Below, in pieces: positions 38,301 to 53,300 of a stretch of 64,000 bases of DNA (within the stretch, counting starts at the first letter, position 1; every line of letters begins with the position of its first letter). Origin of the DNA: Heterodontus francisci (taxonomy: Eukaryota). The notes under the pieces were generated by a model. The model made no database searches and was not told the DNA's origin. It was given only the letters and a program-made list of their open reading frames with translations. The translations under genes were made by a program, and so were the position numbers. Location of the stretch: positions 120,389,593 through 120,453,592 of the forward strand of contig NC_090378.1 in the NCBI RefSeq assembly GCF_036365525.1, given 5' to 3'.

Positions 38301-41300
38301 ACAGGAGGTGGGACTGTGTGTCCATTATTATATATTATATATAACTGTGGGATGTGTCAGTGCAGGTAGTGGGACTGTGTGTCCATTATTATATATTATA
38401 TATAACTGTGGGATGTGTCATTGCAGGCGGTGGGACTGTGTGTCCATTATTATTTATTATATATAACTGTGGGATGTGTCAGTGCAGGTAGTGGGACTGT
38501 GTGTCCATTATTATATATTATATATAACTGTGGGATGTGTCAGTGCAGGCGGTGGGACTGTGTGTCCATTATTATATATTATATATAACTGTGGGATGTG
38601 TCAGTACAGGAGGTGGGACTGTGTGTCCATTATTATATATTGTATATAACTGTGGGATGTGTCAGTGCAGGTAGTGGGACTGTGTGTCCATTATTATATA
38701 TTGTATATAACTGTGGGATGTGTCAGTGCAGGTAGTGGGACTGTGTGTCCATTATTATATATTATTTTTTACTGTGGGATGTGTCAGTACAGGAGGAGGG
38801 ACTGTGTGTCCATTATTATATATTATATATAACTGTGGGATGTGTCAGTACAGGAGGTGGGACTGTGTGTCCATTATTATATATTATTTTTTACTGTGGG
38901 ATGTGTCAGTACAGGAGGAGGGACTGTGTGTCCATTATTATATATTATATATAACTGTGGGATGTGTCAGTACAGGAGGAGGGACTGTGTGTCCATTATT
39001 ATATATTATATATAACTGTGGGATGTGTCAGTACAGGAGGTGGGACTGTGTGTCCATTATTATATATTATATATAACTGTGGGATGTGTCAGTACAGGAG
39101 GAGGGACTGTGTGTCCATTATTATATATTATATATAACTGTGGGATGTGTCAGTACAGGAGGTGGGACTGTGTGTCCATTATTATATATTATTTTTTACT
39201 GTGGGATGTGTCAGTACAGGAGGTGGGACTGTGTGTCCATTATTATATATTATTTTTTACTGTGGGATGTGTCAGTACAGGAGGTGGGACTGTGTGTCCA
39301 TTATTATATATTATTTTTTACTGTGGGATGTGTCGGTACAGGAGGTGGGACTGTGTGTCCATTATTATTTATTATATATAACTATGGGATATGTCAGTAC
39401 AGGATGTGGGACTGTGCTTCCATTATTATATATTGTATATAACTGTGGGATGTGTCAGTGCGGGAGGTGGGACTGTGTGTCGATTATTATATATTATATA
39501 TAACTGTGGAACGTGTCAGTCGAGGAGGTGGGACTGTGTGTCCATTATTATATATTATATATAACTGTGTAACGTGTCAGTCGAGGAGGTGGGACTGTGC
39601 GTCCATTATTATATATTATATATAACTGTGGAACGTGTCAGTCGAGGAGGTGGGACTGTGCGTCCATTATTATATATTATATATAACAGTGGAACGTTTC
39701 AGTCGAGGAGGTGGGACTGTGCGTCCATTATTATATATTATATATAACTGTGGAACGTGTCAGTCAAGGAGGTGGGACTGTGCGTCCATTATTATATATT
39801 ATATATAATTGTGGGATGTGTCAGTGCAGGAGGTGGGACTGTGTGTCCATTATTATTTATTATATATAACTGTGGGACGTGTCATTACAGGAGGTGGGAC
39901 ATGTGTCCATTATTATATATTATATATAACTGTAGGATGTGTTAGTACAGGAGGTGGGACTGTGTTTCCATTATTATTTATTATATATAATTGTGGGATG
40001 TGTCAGTACAGGAGGTGGGACGGTGTGTCCATTATTATATGTTATATATAACTGTGGGATGTGTCAGTACAGGAGGTGGGACTGTGTTTCCATTATTATA
40101 TATTATATATAAATGTGGGATGTGTCAGTACAGGAGGTGGGACGGTGTGTCCATTATTATATGTTAGATATAACTGTGGGATGTGTCAGTACAGGAGGTG
40201 GGACTGTGTGTCAATTATTATTTATTATATATAACTTTGGGACGTGTCAGTTCAGGAGGTGGGACTGTGTGTCCATTATTATATATTATATATGATTGTG
40301 GGATGTGTCAGTACAGGAGGTGGGACTGTGTGTCCATTATTATATATAACTGTGGGATGTGTCAGTACAGGAGGTGGGACTGTGTGTCCATTATTATTTA
40401 TTATATATAACTCTGGGATGTGTCAGTACAGGAGGTGGGACTGTGTTTCCATTGTTATATATTATACATTATTGTGGGATGTGTCAGTGCAGGAGGTGGG
40501 ACTGTGTGTCCTTTATTATATATAACTGTGGGATGTGTCAGTACAGGAGGTGGGACTGTGTGTCCATTATTATTTATTATATATAACTCTGGGATGTGTC
40601 AGTACAGGAGGTGGGACTGTGTGTCCATTATTATATATAACTGTGGGATGTGTCAGTACAGGAGGTGGGACTGTGTGTCCATTATTATATATAACTGTGG
40701 GATGTGTCAGTACAGGAGGTGGGACTGTGTGTCCATTATTATTTATTATATAAAACTCTGGGATGTGTCAGTACAGGAGGTGGGACTGTGTGTCCATTGT
40801 TATATATTATTTATTATTGTGGGATGTGTCAGTGCAGGAGGTGGGACTATGTGTCCATTATTATATATAACTGTGGAATGTGTCAGTACAGGAGGTGGGA
40901 CTGTGTGTCCATTATTATTTATTATATATAACTCTGGGATGTGTCAGTACAGGAGGTGGGACTGTGTGTCCATTATTATATATAAGTGTGGGATGTGTCA
41001 GTACAGGAGGTGGGACTGTGTGTCCATTATTTTATATTATATATAACTGTGGGATGTGTCAGTACTGGAGGTGGGACTGTGCGTCCATTATTATATATTA
41101 TATATAACTGTGGGATGTGTCAGTACAGGAGGTGGGACTGTGTGTCCATTATTATTTATTATATATAACTGTGGGATGTGTCAGTACAGGAGGTGGGACT
41201 GTGTGTCCATTATTATATATTATATATAACTGTGGGATGTGTCAGTACAGGAGGTGGGACTGTGTGTCCATTATTTTTTTTATATATAACTGTGGAATGT

Positions 41301-44300
41301 GTCAGTGCAGGTTTTGGGACTGTGTGTCCATTATTATATATTATATATAACTGTGGGATGTGTCAGTACCGGAGGTGGGACAGTGTGACCATTATTATAT
41401 ATTATATATAACTGTGGGATGTGTCAGCGCAGGAAGTGGGACAGTGTGTCCATTATTATTTATTATATATAACTATGGGATGTGTCAGTACAGGAGGTGG
41501 GACTGTGTGTCCATTATTATATATTATATATAACTGTGGGATGTGTCAGTACAGGAGGTGGGACTGTGTGTCCATTATTTTTTATTATATATAACTGTGG
41601 AATGTGTCAGTGCAGGTTTTGGGACTGTGTGTTCATTATTATATATTATATTTAACTGTGGGATGTGTCAGTGCGGGAGGTGGGACTGTGTGTCCATTAT
41701 TATATATTATATATAACTGTGGAACGTGTCAGCCGAGGAGGTGATACTGTGTGTCCATTATTATATATTATATATAACAGTGGAACGTGTCAGTCGAGGA
41801 GGTGGGACTGTGCGTCCATTATTATATATTATATATAACTGTGGAACGTGTCAGTCGAGGAGGTGGAACTGTGCGTCCATTATTATATATTATATATAAC
41901 TGTGGAACGTGTCAGTCGAGGAGGTGGGACTGTGCGTCCATTATTATATATTATATATAACTGTGTAACGTGTCAGTCGAGGAGGTGGGACTGTGCGTCT
42001 ATTATTATATATTATATATAACTGTGGAACGTGTCAGTCGAGGAGGTGGGACTGTGCGTCCATTATTATATATTATATATAACTGTGGAACGTGTCAGTC
42101 GAGGAGGTGGGACTGTGCGTCCATTATTATATATTATATATAACTGTGGAACGTGTCAGTCGAGGAGGTGGGACTGTGCGTCCATTATTATATATTATAT
42201 ATAATTGTGGGATGTGTCAGTGCAGGAGGTGGGACTGTCTGTCCATTATTATTTATTATATATAACTGTGGGACGTGTCAGTACACGAGGTGGGACAGTG
42301 TGTCCATTATTATATTTTATATATAACTGTAGGATGTGTTAGTACAGGAGGTGGGACTGTGTTTCCATTATTATTTATTATATATAACTGTTGGATGTGT
42401 CAGTTCCGGAGGTGGGACTGTGTGTCCATTATTATATGTTACATGTAACTGTGGGATGTGTCAGTACAGGAGGTGGGACTGTGTGTCCATTATTTTATAT
42501 TATATATAACTGTGGGATGTGTCAGGACAGGAGGTGGGACTGTGTGTCCATTATTATATATTATTTATAACTGTGGGATGTGTCAGTGCAGGAGGTGGGA
42601 CTGTGTGTCCATTATTATATATTATATATAACTGTGGGATGTGTCAGTGCAGGAGGTGGGACTGTGTGTCCATTTTTATGTATTATATATAACTGTGGGA
42701 TGTGTCAGTACAGGAGGTGGGACTGTGTGTCGATTATTATATATTGTATATAACTGTGGGATGTGTCAGTACAGGAGGTGGGACTGTGTGTCCATTATTT
42801 TATATTATATATAACTGTGGGATGTGTCAGTACAGGAGGTGGGACTGTGTGTCCATTATTATATATTATATATAACTGTGGGATGTGTCAGTACAGGAGG
42901 TGGGACTGTGTGTCCATTATTATATATTATATATAACTGTGGGATGTGTCAGTACAGGAGGTGGGACTGTGTGTCCATTATTATATATTATATATAACTG
43001 TGGGATGTGTCAGTACAGGAGGTGGGTCAGTGTGTCCATTATTATATATTATTTATAACTGTGGGATGTGTCAGTGCAGGAGGTTGGACTGTGTGTCCAT
43101 TTTTATTTAATATATATAACTGTGGGATGTGTCAGTACAGGAGGTGGGACTGTGTGTCCATTATTATATATTGTATATAACTGTGGGATGTGTCAGTACA
43201 GGAGGTGGGACTGTGTGTCTATTATTATATATTATATATAAATGTGGGATGTGTCAGTACAGGAGGTGGGACTGTGTGTCCATTATTATATATTATATAT
43301 AACTGTGGGATGTGTCAGTACAGGAGGTGGGACTGTGTGTTCATTATTATTTATTATATATAACTGTGGATGTGTCAGTACAGGAGGTGGGACTGTGTGT
43401 CCATTATTATATATTATATATAAATGTGGGATGTGTCAGTACAGGAGGTGGGACTGTGTGTCCATTATTATATATTATATATAAATGTGGGATGTGTCAG
43501 TACAGGAGGTGGGACTGTGTGTCCATTATTATATATTATATATAACTGTGGGATGTGTCAGTACAGGAGGTGGGACTGTGTGTCCATTATTATATATTAT
43601 ATATAACTGTGGGATGTGTCAGTACAGGAGGTGGGACTGTTTGTCCATTATTATATATTATTTATAACTGTGGGATGTGTCAGTACAGGAGGTGGGACTG
43701 TGTGTCCATTATTATATATTATTTATAACTGTGGGATGTGTCAGTACAGGAGGTGGGACTGTGTGTCCATTATTATATATTATATATAACTGTGGGATGT
43801 GGCAGTACAGGAGGTGGGACTGTGTGTCCATTATTATATATTATTTATAACTGTGGGATGTGTTAGTACAGGAGGTTGGACTGTGTGTCCATTTTTATTT
43901 AATATATATAACTGTGGGATGTGTCAGTACAGGAGGTGGGACTGTGTGTCCATTATTATATATTATATATAACTGTGGGATGTGTCAGTACAGGAGGTGG
44001 GACTGTGTGTCCATTATTATATATTATTTATAACTGTGGGATGTGTCAGTGCAGGACGTTGGACTGTGTGTCCATTTTTATTTAATATATATAACTGTGG
44101 GATGTGTCAGTACAGGAGGTGGGACTGTGTGTCTATTATTATATATTATATATAAATGTGGGATGTGTCAGTACAGGAGGTGGGACTGTGTGTCCATTAT
44201 TATATATTATTTATAACTGTGGGATGTGTCAGTGCAGGAGGTTGGACTGTGTGTCCATTTTTATTTAATATATATAACTGTGGGATGTGTCAGTACAGGA

Positions 44301-47300
44301 GGTGGGACTGTGTGTCCATTATTATATATTATATATAAATGTGGGATGTGTCAGTACAGGAGGTGGGACTGTGTGTCCATTATTATATATTATATATAAC
44401 TGTGGGATGTGTCAGTACAGGAGGTGGGACTGTGTGTCCATTATTATATATTATATATAACTGTGGGATGTGTCAGTACAGGAGGTGGGACTGTGTGTCC
44501 ATTATTATATATTATATATAAATGTGGGATGTGTCAGTACAGGAGGTGGGACTGTGTGTCCATTATTATATATTATATATAACTGTGGGATGTGTCAGTA
44601 CAGGAGGTGGGACTGTGTGTCCATTATTATATATTATATATAAATGTGGGATGTGTCAGTACAGGAGGTGGGACTGTGTGTCCATTATTATATATTATAT
44701 ATAACTGTGGGATGTGTCAGTACAGGAGGTGGGACTGTGTGTCCATTATTATATATTATATATAACTGTGGGATGTGTCAGTACAGGAGGTGGGACTGTG
44801 TGTCCATTATTATATATTATATATAAATGTGGGATGTGTCAGTACAGGAGGTGGGACTGTGTGTCCATTATTATATATTATATATAACTGTGGGATGTGT
44901 CAGTCCAGGAGGTGGGACTGTGTGTCCATTATTATATATTATATGTAACTGTGGGATGTGTCAGTACAGGAGGTGGGACAGTGTGTCCATTATTTTATAT
45001 TATATATAACTGTGGGATGTGTCAGTACTGGAGGTGGGACTGTGCGTCCATTATTATATATTATATATAACTGTGGGATGTGTCAGTACAGGAGGTGGGA
45101 CTGTGTGTCCATTATTATATATTATATATAACTGTGGGATGTGTCAGTACAGGATGTGGGACTGTGCTTCCATTATTATATATTGTATATCACTGTGGGA
45201 TGTGTCAGTGCGGGAGGTGGGACTGTGTGTCGATTATTATATATTATATATAACTGTGGGATGTGTCAGTCCAGGAGGTGGGACTGTGTGTCCATTATTA
45301 TATATTATATATAACTGTGGGATGTGTCAGTACAGGAGGTGGGACTGTGTGTCCATTATTATTTATTATATATAACTATGGGATATGTCAGTACAGGATG
45401 TGGGACTGTGCTTCCATTATTATATATTGTATATAACTGTGGGATGTGTCAGTGCGGGAGGTGGGACTGTGTGTCGATTATTATATATTATATATAACTG
45501 TGGAACGTGTCAGTCGAGGAGGTGGGACTGTGTGTCCATTATTATATATTATATATAACTGTGTAACGTGTCAGTCGAGGAGGTGGGACTGTGCGTCCAT
45601 TATTATATATTATATATAACTGTGGAACGTGTCAGTCGAGGAGGTGGGACTGTGCGTCCATTATTATATATTATATATAACAGTGGAACGTTTCAGTCGA
45701 GGAGGTGGGACTGTGCGTCCATTATTATATATTATATATAACTGTGGAACGTGTCAGTCAAGGAGGTGGGACAGTGCGTCCATTATTATATATTATATAT
45801 AACTGTGGGATGTGTCAGTGCAGGTTTTGGGACTGTGTGTTCATTATTATATATTATATTTAACTGTGGGATGTGTCAGTGCGGGAGGTGGGACTGTGTG
45901 TCCATTATTATATATTATATATAACTGTGGAACGTGTCAGTGCAGGTTTTGGGACTGTGTGTTCATTATTATATATTATATTTAACTGTGGGATGTGTCA
46001 GTGCGGGAGGTGGGACTGTGTGTCCATTATTATATGTTATATATAACAGTGGAACGTGTCAGTCGAGGAGGTGGGACTGTGCGTCCATTATTATATATTA
46101 TATATAACTGTGGAACGTGTCAGTCGAGGAGGTGGAACTGTGCGTCCATTATTATATATTATATATAACTGTGGAACGTGTCAGTCGAGGAGGTGGGACT
46201 GTGCGTCCATTATTATATATTATATATAACTGTGTAACGTGTCAGTCGAGGAGGTGGGACTGTGCGTCTATTATTATATATTATATATAACTGTGGAACG
46301 TGTCAGTCGAGGAGGTGGGACTGTGCGTCCATTATTATATATTATATATAACTGTGGAACGTGTCAGTCGAGGAGGTGGGACTTTGCGTCCATTATTATA
46401 TATTATATATAACTGTGGAACGTGTCAGTCGAGGAGGTGGGACTGTGCGTCCATTATTATATATTATATATAATTGTGGGATGTGTCAGTGCAGGAGGTG
46501 GGACTGTGTGTCCATTATTATTTATTATATATAACTGTGGGACGTGTCAGTACACGAGGTGGGACAGTGTGTCCATTATTATATTTTATATATAACTGTA
46601 GGATGTGTTAGTACAGGAGGTGGGACTGTGTTTCCATTATTATTTATTATATATAACTATTGGATGTGTCAGTTCCGGAGGTGGGACTGTGTGTCCATTA
46701 TTATATGTTATATGTAACTGTGGGATGTGTCAGTACAGGAGGTGGGACTGTGTGTCCATTATTTTATATTATATATAAATGTGGGATGTGTCAGTACAGG
46801 AGGTGGGACTGTGTGTCCATTATTATATATTATATATAACTGTGGGATGTGTCAGTACAGGAGGTGGGACTGTGTGTCCATTATTATATATTATATATAA
46901 CTGTGGGATGTGTCAGTACAGGAGGTGGGACTGTGTGTCCATTATTATATATTATATATAAATGTGGGATGTGTCAGTACAGGAGGTGGGACTGTGTGTC
47001 CATTATTATATATTATATATAACTGTGGGATGTGTCAGTCCAGGAGGTGGGACTGTGTGTCCATTATTATATATTATATGTAACTGTGGGATGTGTCAGT
47101 ACAGGAGGTGGGACAGTGTGTCCATTATTTTATATTATATATAACTGTGGGATGTGTCAGTACTGGAGGTGGGACTGTGCGTCCATTATTATATATTATA
47201 TATAACTGTGGGATGTGTCAGTACAGGAGGTGGGACTGTGTGTCCATTATTATATATTATATATAACTGTGGGATGTGTCAGTACAGGATGTGGGACTGT

Positions 47301-50300
47301 GCTTCCATTATTATATATTGTATATCACTGTGGGATGTGTCAGTGCGGGAGGTGGGACTGTGTGTCGATTATTATATATTATATATAACTGTGGGATGTG
47401 TCAGTCCAGGAGGTGGGACTGTGTGTCCATTATTATATATTATATATAACTGTGGGATGTGTCAGTACAGGAGGTGGGACTGTGTGTCCATTATTATTTA
47501 TTATATATAACTATGGGATATGTCAGTACAGGATGTGGGACTGTGCTTCCATTATTATATATTGTATATAACTGTGGGATGTGTCAGTGCGGGAGGTGGG
47601 ACTGTGTGTCGATTATTATATATTATATATAACTGTGGAACGTGTCAGTCGAGGAGGTGGGACTGTGTGTCCATTATTATATATTATATATAACTGTGTA
47701 ACGTGTCAGTCGAGGAGGTGGGACTGTGCGTCCATTATTATATATTATATATAACTGTGGAACGTGTCAGTCGAGGAGGTGGGACTGTGCGTCCATTATT
47801 ATATATTATATATAACAGTGGAACGTTTCAGTCGAGGAGGTGGGACTGTGCGTCCATTATTATATATTATATATAACTGTGGAACGTGTCAGTCAAGGAG
47901 GTGGGACAGTGCGTCCATTATTATATATTATATATAACTGTGGGATGTGTCAGTGCAGGTTTTGGGACTGTGTGTTCATTATTATATATTATATTTAACT
48001 GTGGGATGTGTCAGTGCGGGAGGTGGGACTGTGTGTCCATTATTATATATTATATATAACTGTGGAACGTGTCAGTGCAGGTTTTGGGACTGTGTGTTCA
48101 TTATTATATATTATATTTAACTGTGGGATGTGTCAGTGCGGGAGGTGGGACTGTGTGTCCATTATTATATATTATATATAACAGTGGAACGTGTCAGTCG
48201 AGGAGGTGGGACTGTGCGTCCATTATTATATATTATATATAACTGTGGAACGTGTCAGTCGAGGAGGTGGAACTGTGCGTCCATTATTATATATTATATA
48301 TAACTGTGGAACGTGTCAGTCGAGGAGGTGGGACTGTGCGTCCATTATTATATATTATATATAACTGTGTAACGTGTCAGTCGAGGAGTTGGGACTGTGC
48401 GTCTATTATTATATATTATATATAACTGTGGAACGTGTCAGTCGAGGAGGTGGGACTGTGCGTCCATTATTATATATTATATATAACTGTGGAACGTGTC
48501 AGTCGAGGAGGTGGGACTTTGCGTCCATTATTATATATTATATATAACTGTGGAACGTGTCAGTCGAGGAGGTGGGACTGTGCGTCCATTATTATATATT
48601 ATATATAATTGTGGGATGTGTCAGTGCAGGAGGTGGGACTGTGTGTCCATTATAATTTATTATATATAACTGTGGGACGTGTCAGTACACGAGGTGGGAC
48701 AGTGTGTCCATTATTATATTTTATATATAACTGTAGGATGTGTTAGTACAGGAGGTGGGACTGTGTTTCCATTATTATTTATTATATATAACTATTGGAT
48801 GTGTCAGTTCCGGAGGTGGGACTGTGTGTCCATTATTATATGTTATATGTAACTGTGGGATGTGTCAGTACAGGAGGTGGGACTGTGTGTCCATTATTTT
48901 ATATTATATATAACTGTGGGATGTGTCAGGACAGGAGGTGGGACTGTGTGTCCATTATTATATATTATTTATAACTGTGGGATGTGTCAGTGCAGGAGGT
49001 GGGACTGTGTGTCCATTATTATATATTATATATAACTGTGGGATGTGTCAGTGCAGGAGGTGGGACTGTGTGTCCATTTTTATGTATTATATATAACTGT
49101 GGGATGTGTCAGTACAGGAGGTGGGACTGTGTGTCGATTATTATATATTGTATATAACTGTGGGATGTGTCAGTACAGGAGGTGGGACTGTGTGTCCATT
49201 ATTTTATATTATATATAACTGTGGGATGTGTCAGTACAGGAGGTGGGACTGTGTGTCCATTATTATATATTATATATAACTGTGGGATGTGTCAGTACAG
49301 GAGGTGGGACTGTGTGTCCATTATTATATATTATATATAACTGTGGGATGTGTCAGTACAGGAGGTGGGACTGTGTGTCCATTATTATATATTATATATA
49401 ACTGTGGGATGTGTCAGTACAGGAGGTGGGTCAGTGTGTCCATTATTATATATTATTTATAACTGTGGGATGTGTCAGTGCAGGAGGTTGGACTGTGTGT
49501 CCATTTTTATTTAATATATATAACTGTGGGATGTGTCAGTACAGGAGGTGGGTCTGTGTGTCCATTATTATATATTGTATATAACTGTGGGATGTGTCAG
49601 TACAGGAGGTGGGACTGTGTGTCTATTATTATATATTATATATAAATGTGGGATGTGTCAGTACAGGAGGTGGGACTGTGTGTCCATTATTATATATTAT
49701 ATATAACTGTGGGATGTGTCAGTACAGGAGGTGGGACTGTGTGTTCATTATTATTTATTATATATAACTGTGGATGTGTCAGTACAGGAGGTGGGACTGT
49801 GTGTCCATTATTATATATTATATATAAATGTGGGATGTGTCAGTACAGGAGGTGGGACTGTGTGTCCATTATTATATATTATATATAAATGTGGGATGTG
49901 TCAGTACAGGAGGTGGGACTGTGTGTCCATTATTATATATTATATATAACTGTGGGATGTGTCAGTACAGGAGGTGGGACTGTGTGTCCATTATTATATA
50001 TTATATATAACTGTGGGATGTGTCAGTACAGGAGGTGGGACTGTGTGTCCATTATTATATATTATTTATAACTGTGGGATGTGTCAGTACAGGAGGTGGG
50101 ACTGTGTGTCCATTATTATATATTATTTATAACTGTGGGATGTGTCAGTACAGGAGGTGGGACTGTGTGTCCATTATTATATATTATATATAACTGTGGG
50201 ATGTGTCAGTACAGGAGGTGGGACTGTGTGTCCATTATTATATATTATTTATAACTGTGGGATGTGTCAGTACAGGAGGTTGGACTGTGTGTCCATTTTT

Positions 50301-53300
50301 ATTTAATATATATAACTGTGGGATGTGTCAGTACAGGAGGTGGGACTGTGTGTCCATTATTATATATTATATATAACTGTGGGATGTGTCAGTACAGGAG
50401 GTGGGACTGTGTGTCCATTATTATATATTATTTATAACTGTGGGATGTGTCAGTGCAGGAGGTTGGACTGTGTGTCCATTATTATATATTATATATAACT
50501 GTGGGAAGTGTCAGTACAGGAGGTGGGACTGTGTGTCTATTATTATATATTATATATAAATGTGGGATGTGTCAGTACAGGAGGTGGGAATGTGTGTCCA
50601 TTATTATATATTATTTATAACTGTGGGATGTGTCAGTGCAGGAGGTTGGACTGTGTGTCCATTTTTATTTAATATATATAACTGTGGGATGTGTCAGTAC
50701 AGGAGGTGGGACTGTGTGTCCATTATTATATATTATATATAAATGTGGGATGTGTCAGTACAGGAGGTGGGACTGTGTGTCCATTATTATATATTATATA
50801 TAACTGTGGGATGTGTCAGTACAGGAGGTGGGACTGTGTGTCCATTATTATATATTATATATAACTGTGGGATGTGTCAGTACAGGAGGTGGGACTGTGT
50901 GTCCATTATTATATATTATATATAAATGTGGGATGTGTCAGTACAGGAGGTGGGACTGTGTGTCCATTATTATATATTATATATAACTGTGGGATGTGTC
51001 AGTACAGGAGGTGGGACTGTGTGTCCATTATTATATATTATATATAAATGTGGGATGTGTCAGTACAGGAGGTGGGACTGTGTGTCCATTATTATATATT
51101 ATATATAACTGTGGGATGTGTCAGTACAGGAGGTGGGACTGTGTGTCCATTATTATATATTATATATAACTGTGGGATGTGTCAGTACAGGAGGTGGGAC
51201 TGTGTGTCCATTATTATATATTATATATAAATGTGGGATGTGTCAGGGCAGGAGGTGCGACTGTGTGTCCATTATTATATATTATATATAACTGTGGGAT
51301 GTGTCAGTACAGGAGGTGGGACTGTGTGTCCATTATTATATATTATATGTAACTGTGGGATGTGTCAGTACAGGAGGTGGGACAGTGTGTCCATTATTTT
51401 ATATTATATATAACTGTGGGATGTGTCAGTACTGGAGGTGGGACTGTGCGTCCATTATTATATATTATATATAACTGTGGGATGTGTCAGTACAGGAGGT
51501 GGGACTGTGTGTCCATTATTATATATTATATATAACTGTGGGATGTGTCAGTACAGGAGGTGGGACTGTGTGTCCATTATTATATATTATATATAACTGT
51601 GGGATGTGTCAGTACAGGATGTGGGACTGTGCTTCCATTATTATATATTGTATATAACTGTGGGATGTGTCAGTACAGGAGGTGGGACTGTGTGTCCATT
51701 ATTATTTATTATATATAACTATGGGATATGTCAGTACAGGATGTGGGACTGTGCTTCCATTATTATATATTGTATATAACTGTGGGATGTGTCAGTGCGG
51801 GAGGTGGGACTGTGTGTCGATTATTATATATTATATATAACTGTGGAACGTGTCAGTCGAGGAGGTGGGACTGTGTGTCCATTATTATATATTATATATA
51901 ACTGTGTAACGTGTCAGTCGAGGAGGTGGGACTGTGCGTCCATTATTATATATTATATATAACTGTGGAACGTGTCAGTCGAGGAGGTGGGACTGTGCGT
52001 CCATTATTATATATTATATATAACAGTGGAACGTTTCAGTCGAGGAGGTGGGACTGTGCGTCCATTATTATATATTATATATAATTGTGGGATGTGTCAG
52101 TGCAGGAGGTGGGACGGTGTGTCCATTATTATATGTTATATATAACTGTGGGATGTGTCAGTACAGGAGGTGGGACTGTGTTTCCATTATTATATATTAT
52201 ATATAAATGTGGGATGTGTCAGTACAGGAGGTGGGACGGTGTGTCCATTATTATATGTTATATATAACTGTGGGATGTGTCAGTACAGGAGGTGGGACTG
52301 TGTGTCAATTATTATTTATTATATATAACTGTGGGACGTGTCAGTTCAGGAGGTGGGACTGTGTGTCCATTATTATATATTATATATGATTGTGGGATGT
52401 GTCAGTACAGGAGGTGGGACTGTGTGTCCATTATTATATATAACTGTGGGATGTGTCAGTACAGGAGGTGGGACTGTGTGTCCATTATTATTTATTATAT
52501 ATAACTCTGGGATGTGTCAGTACTGGAGGTGGGACTGTGTTTCCATTGTTATATATTATACATTATTGTGGGATGTGTCAGTGCAGGAGGTGGGACTGTG
52601 TGTCCTTTATTATATATAACTGTGGGATGTGTCAGTACAGGAGGTGGGACTGTGTGTCCATTATTATTTATTATATATAACTCTGGGATGTGTCAGTACA
52701 GGAGGTGGGACTGTGTGTCCATTATTATATATAACTGTGGGATGTGTCAATACAGGAGGTGGGACTGTGTGTCCATTATTATATATAACTGTGGGATGTG
52801 TCAGTACAGGAGGTGGGACTGTGTGTCCATTATTATTTATTATATAAAACTCTGGGATGTATCAGTACAGGAGGTGGGACTGTGTGTCCATTGTTATATA
52901 TTATTTATTATTGTGGGATGTGTCAGTGCAGGAGGTGGGACTGTGTGTCCATTATTATATATAACTGTGGAATGTGTCAGTACAGGAGGTGGGACTGTGT
53001 GTCCATTATTATTTATTATATATAACTCTGGGATGTGTCAGTACAGGAGGTGGGACTGTGTGTCCATTATTATATTTAAGTGTGGGATGTGTCAGTACAG
53101 GAGGTGGGACTGTGTGTCCATTATTATTTCTAACTGTGGGATGTGTCAGTACAGGAGGTGGGACTGTGTGTCCATTATTATATATAACTGTGGGATGTGT
53201 CAGTACAGGAGGTGGGACTGTGTGTCCATTATTATTTATTATATATAACTCTGGGATGTGTCAGTACAGGAGGTGCGACTGTGTGTCCATTATTATATAT

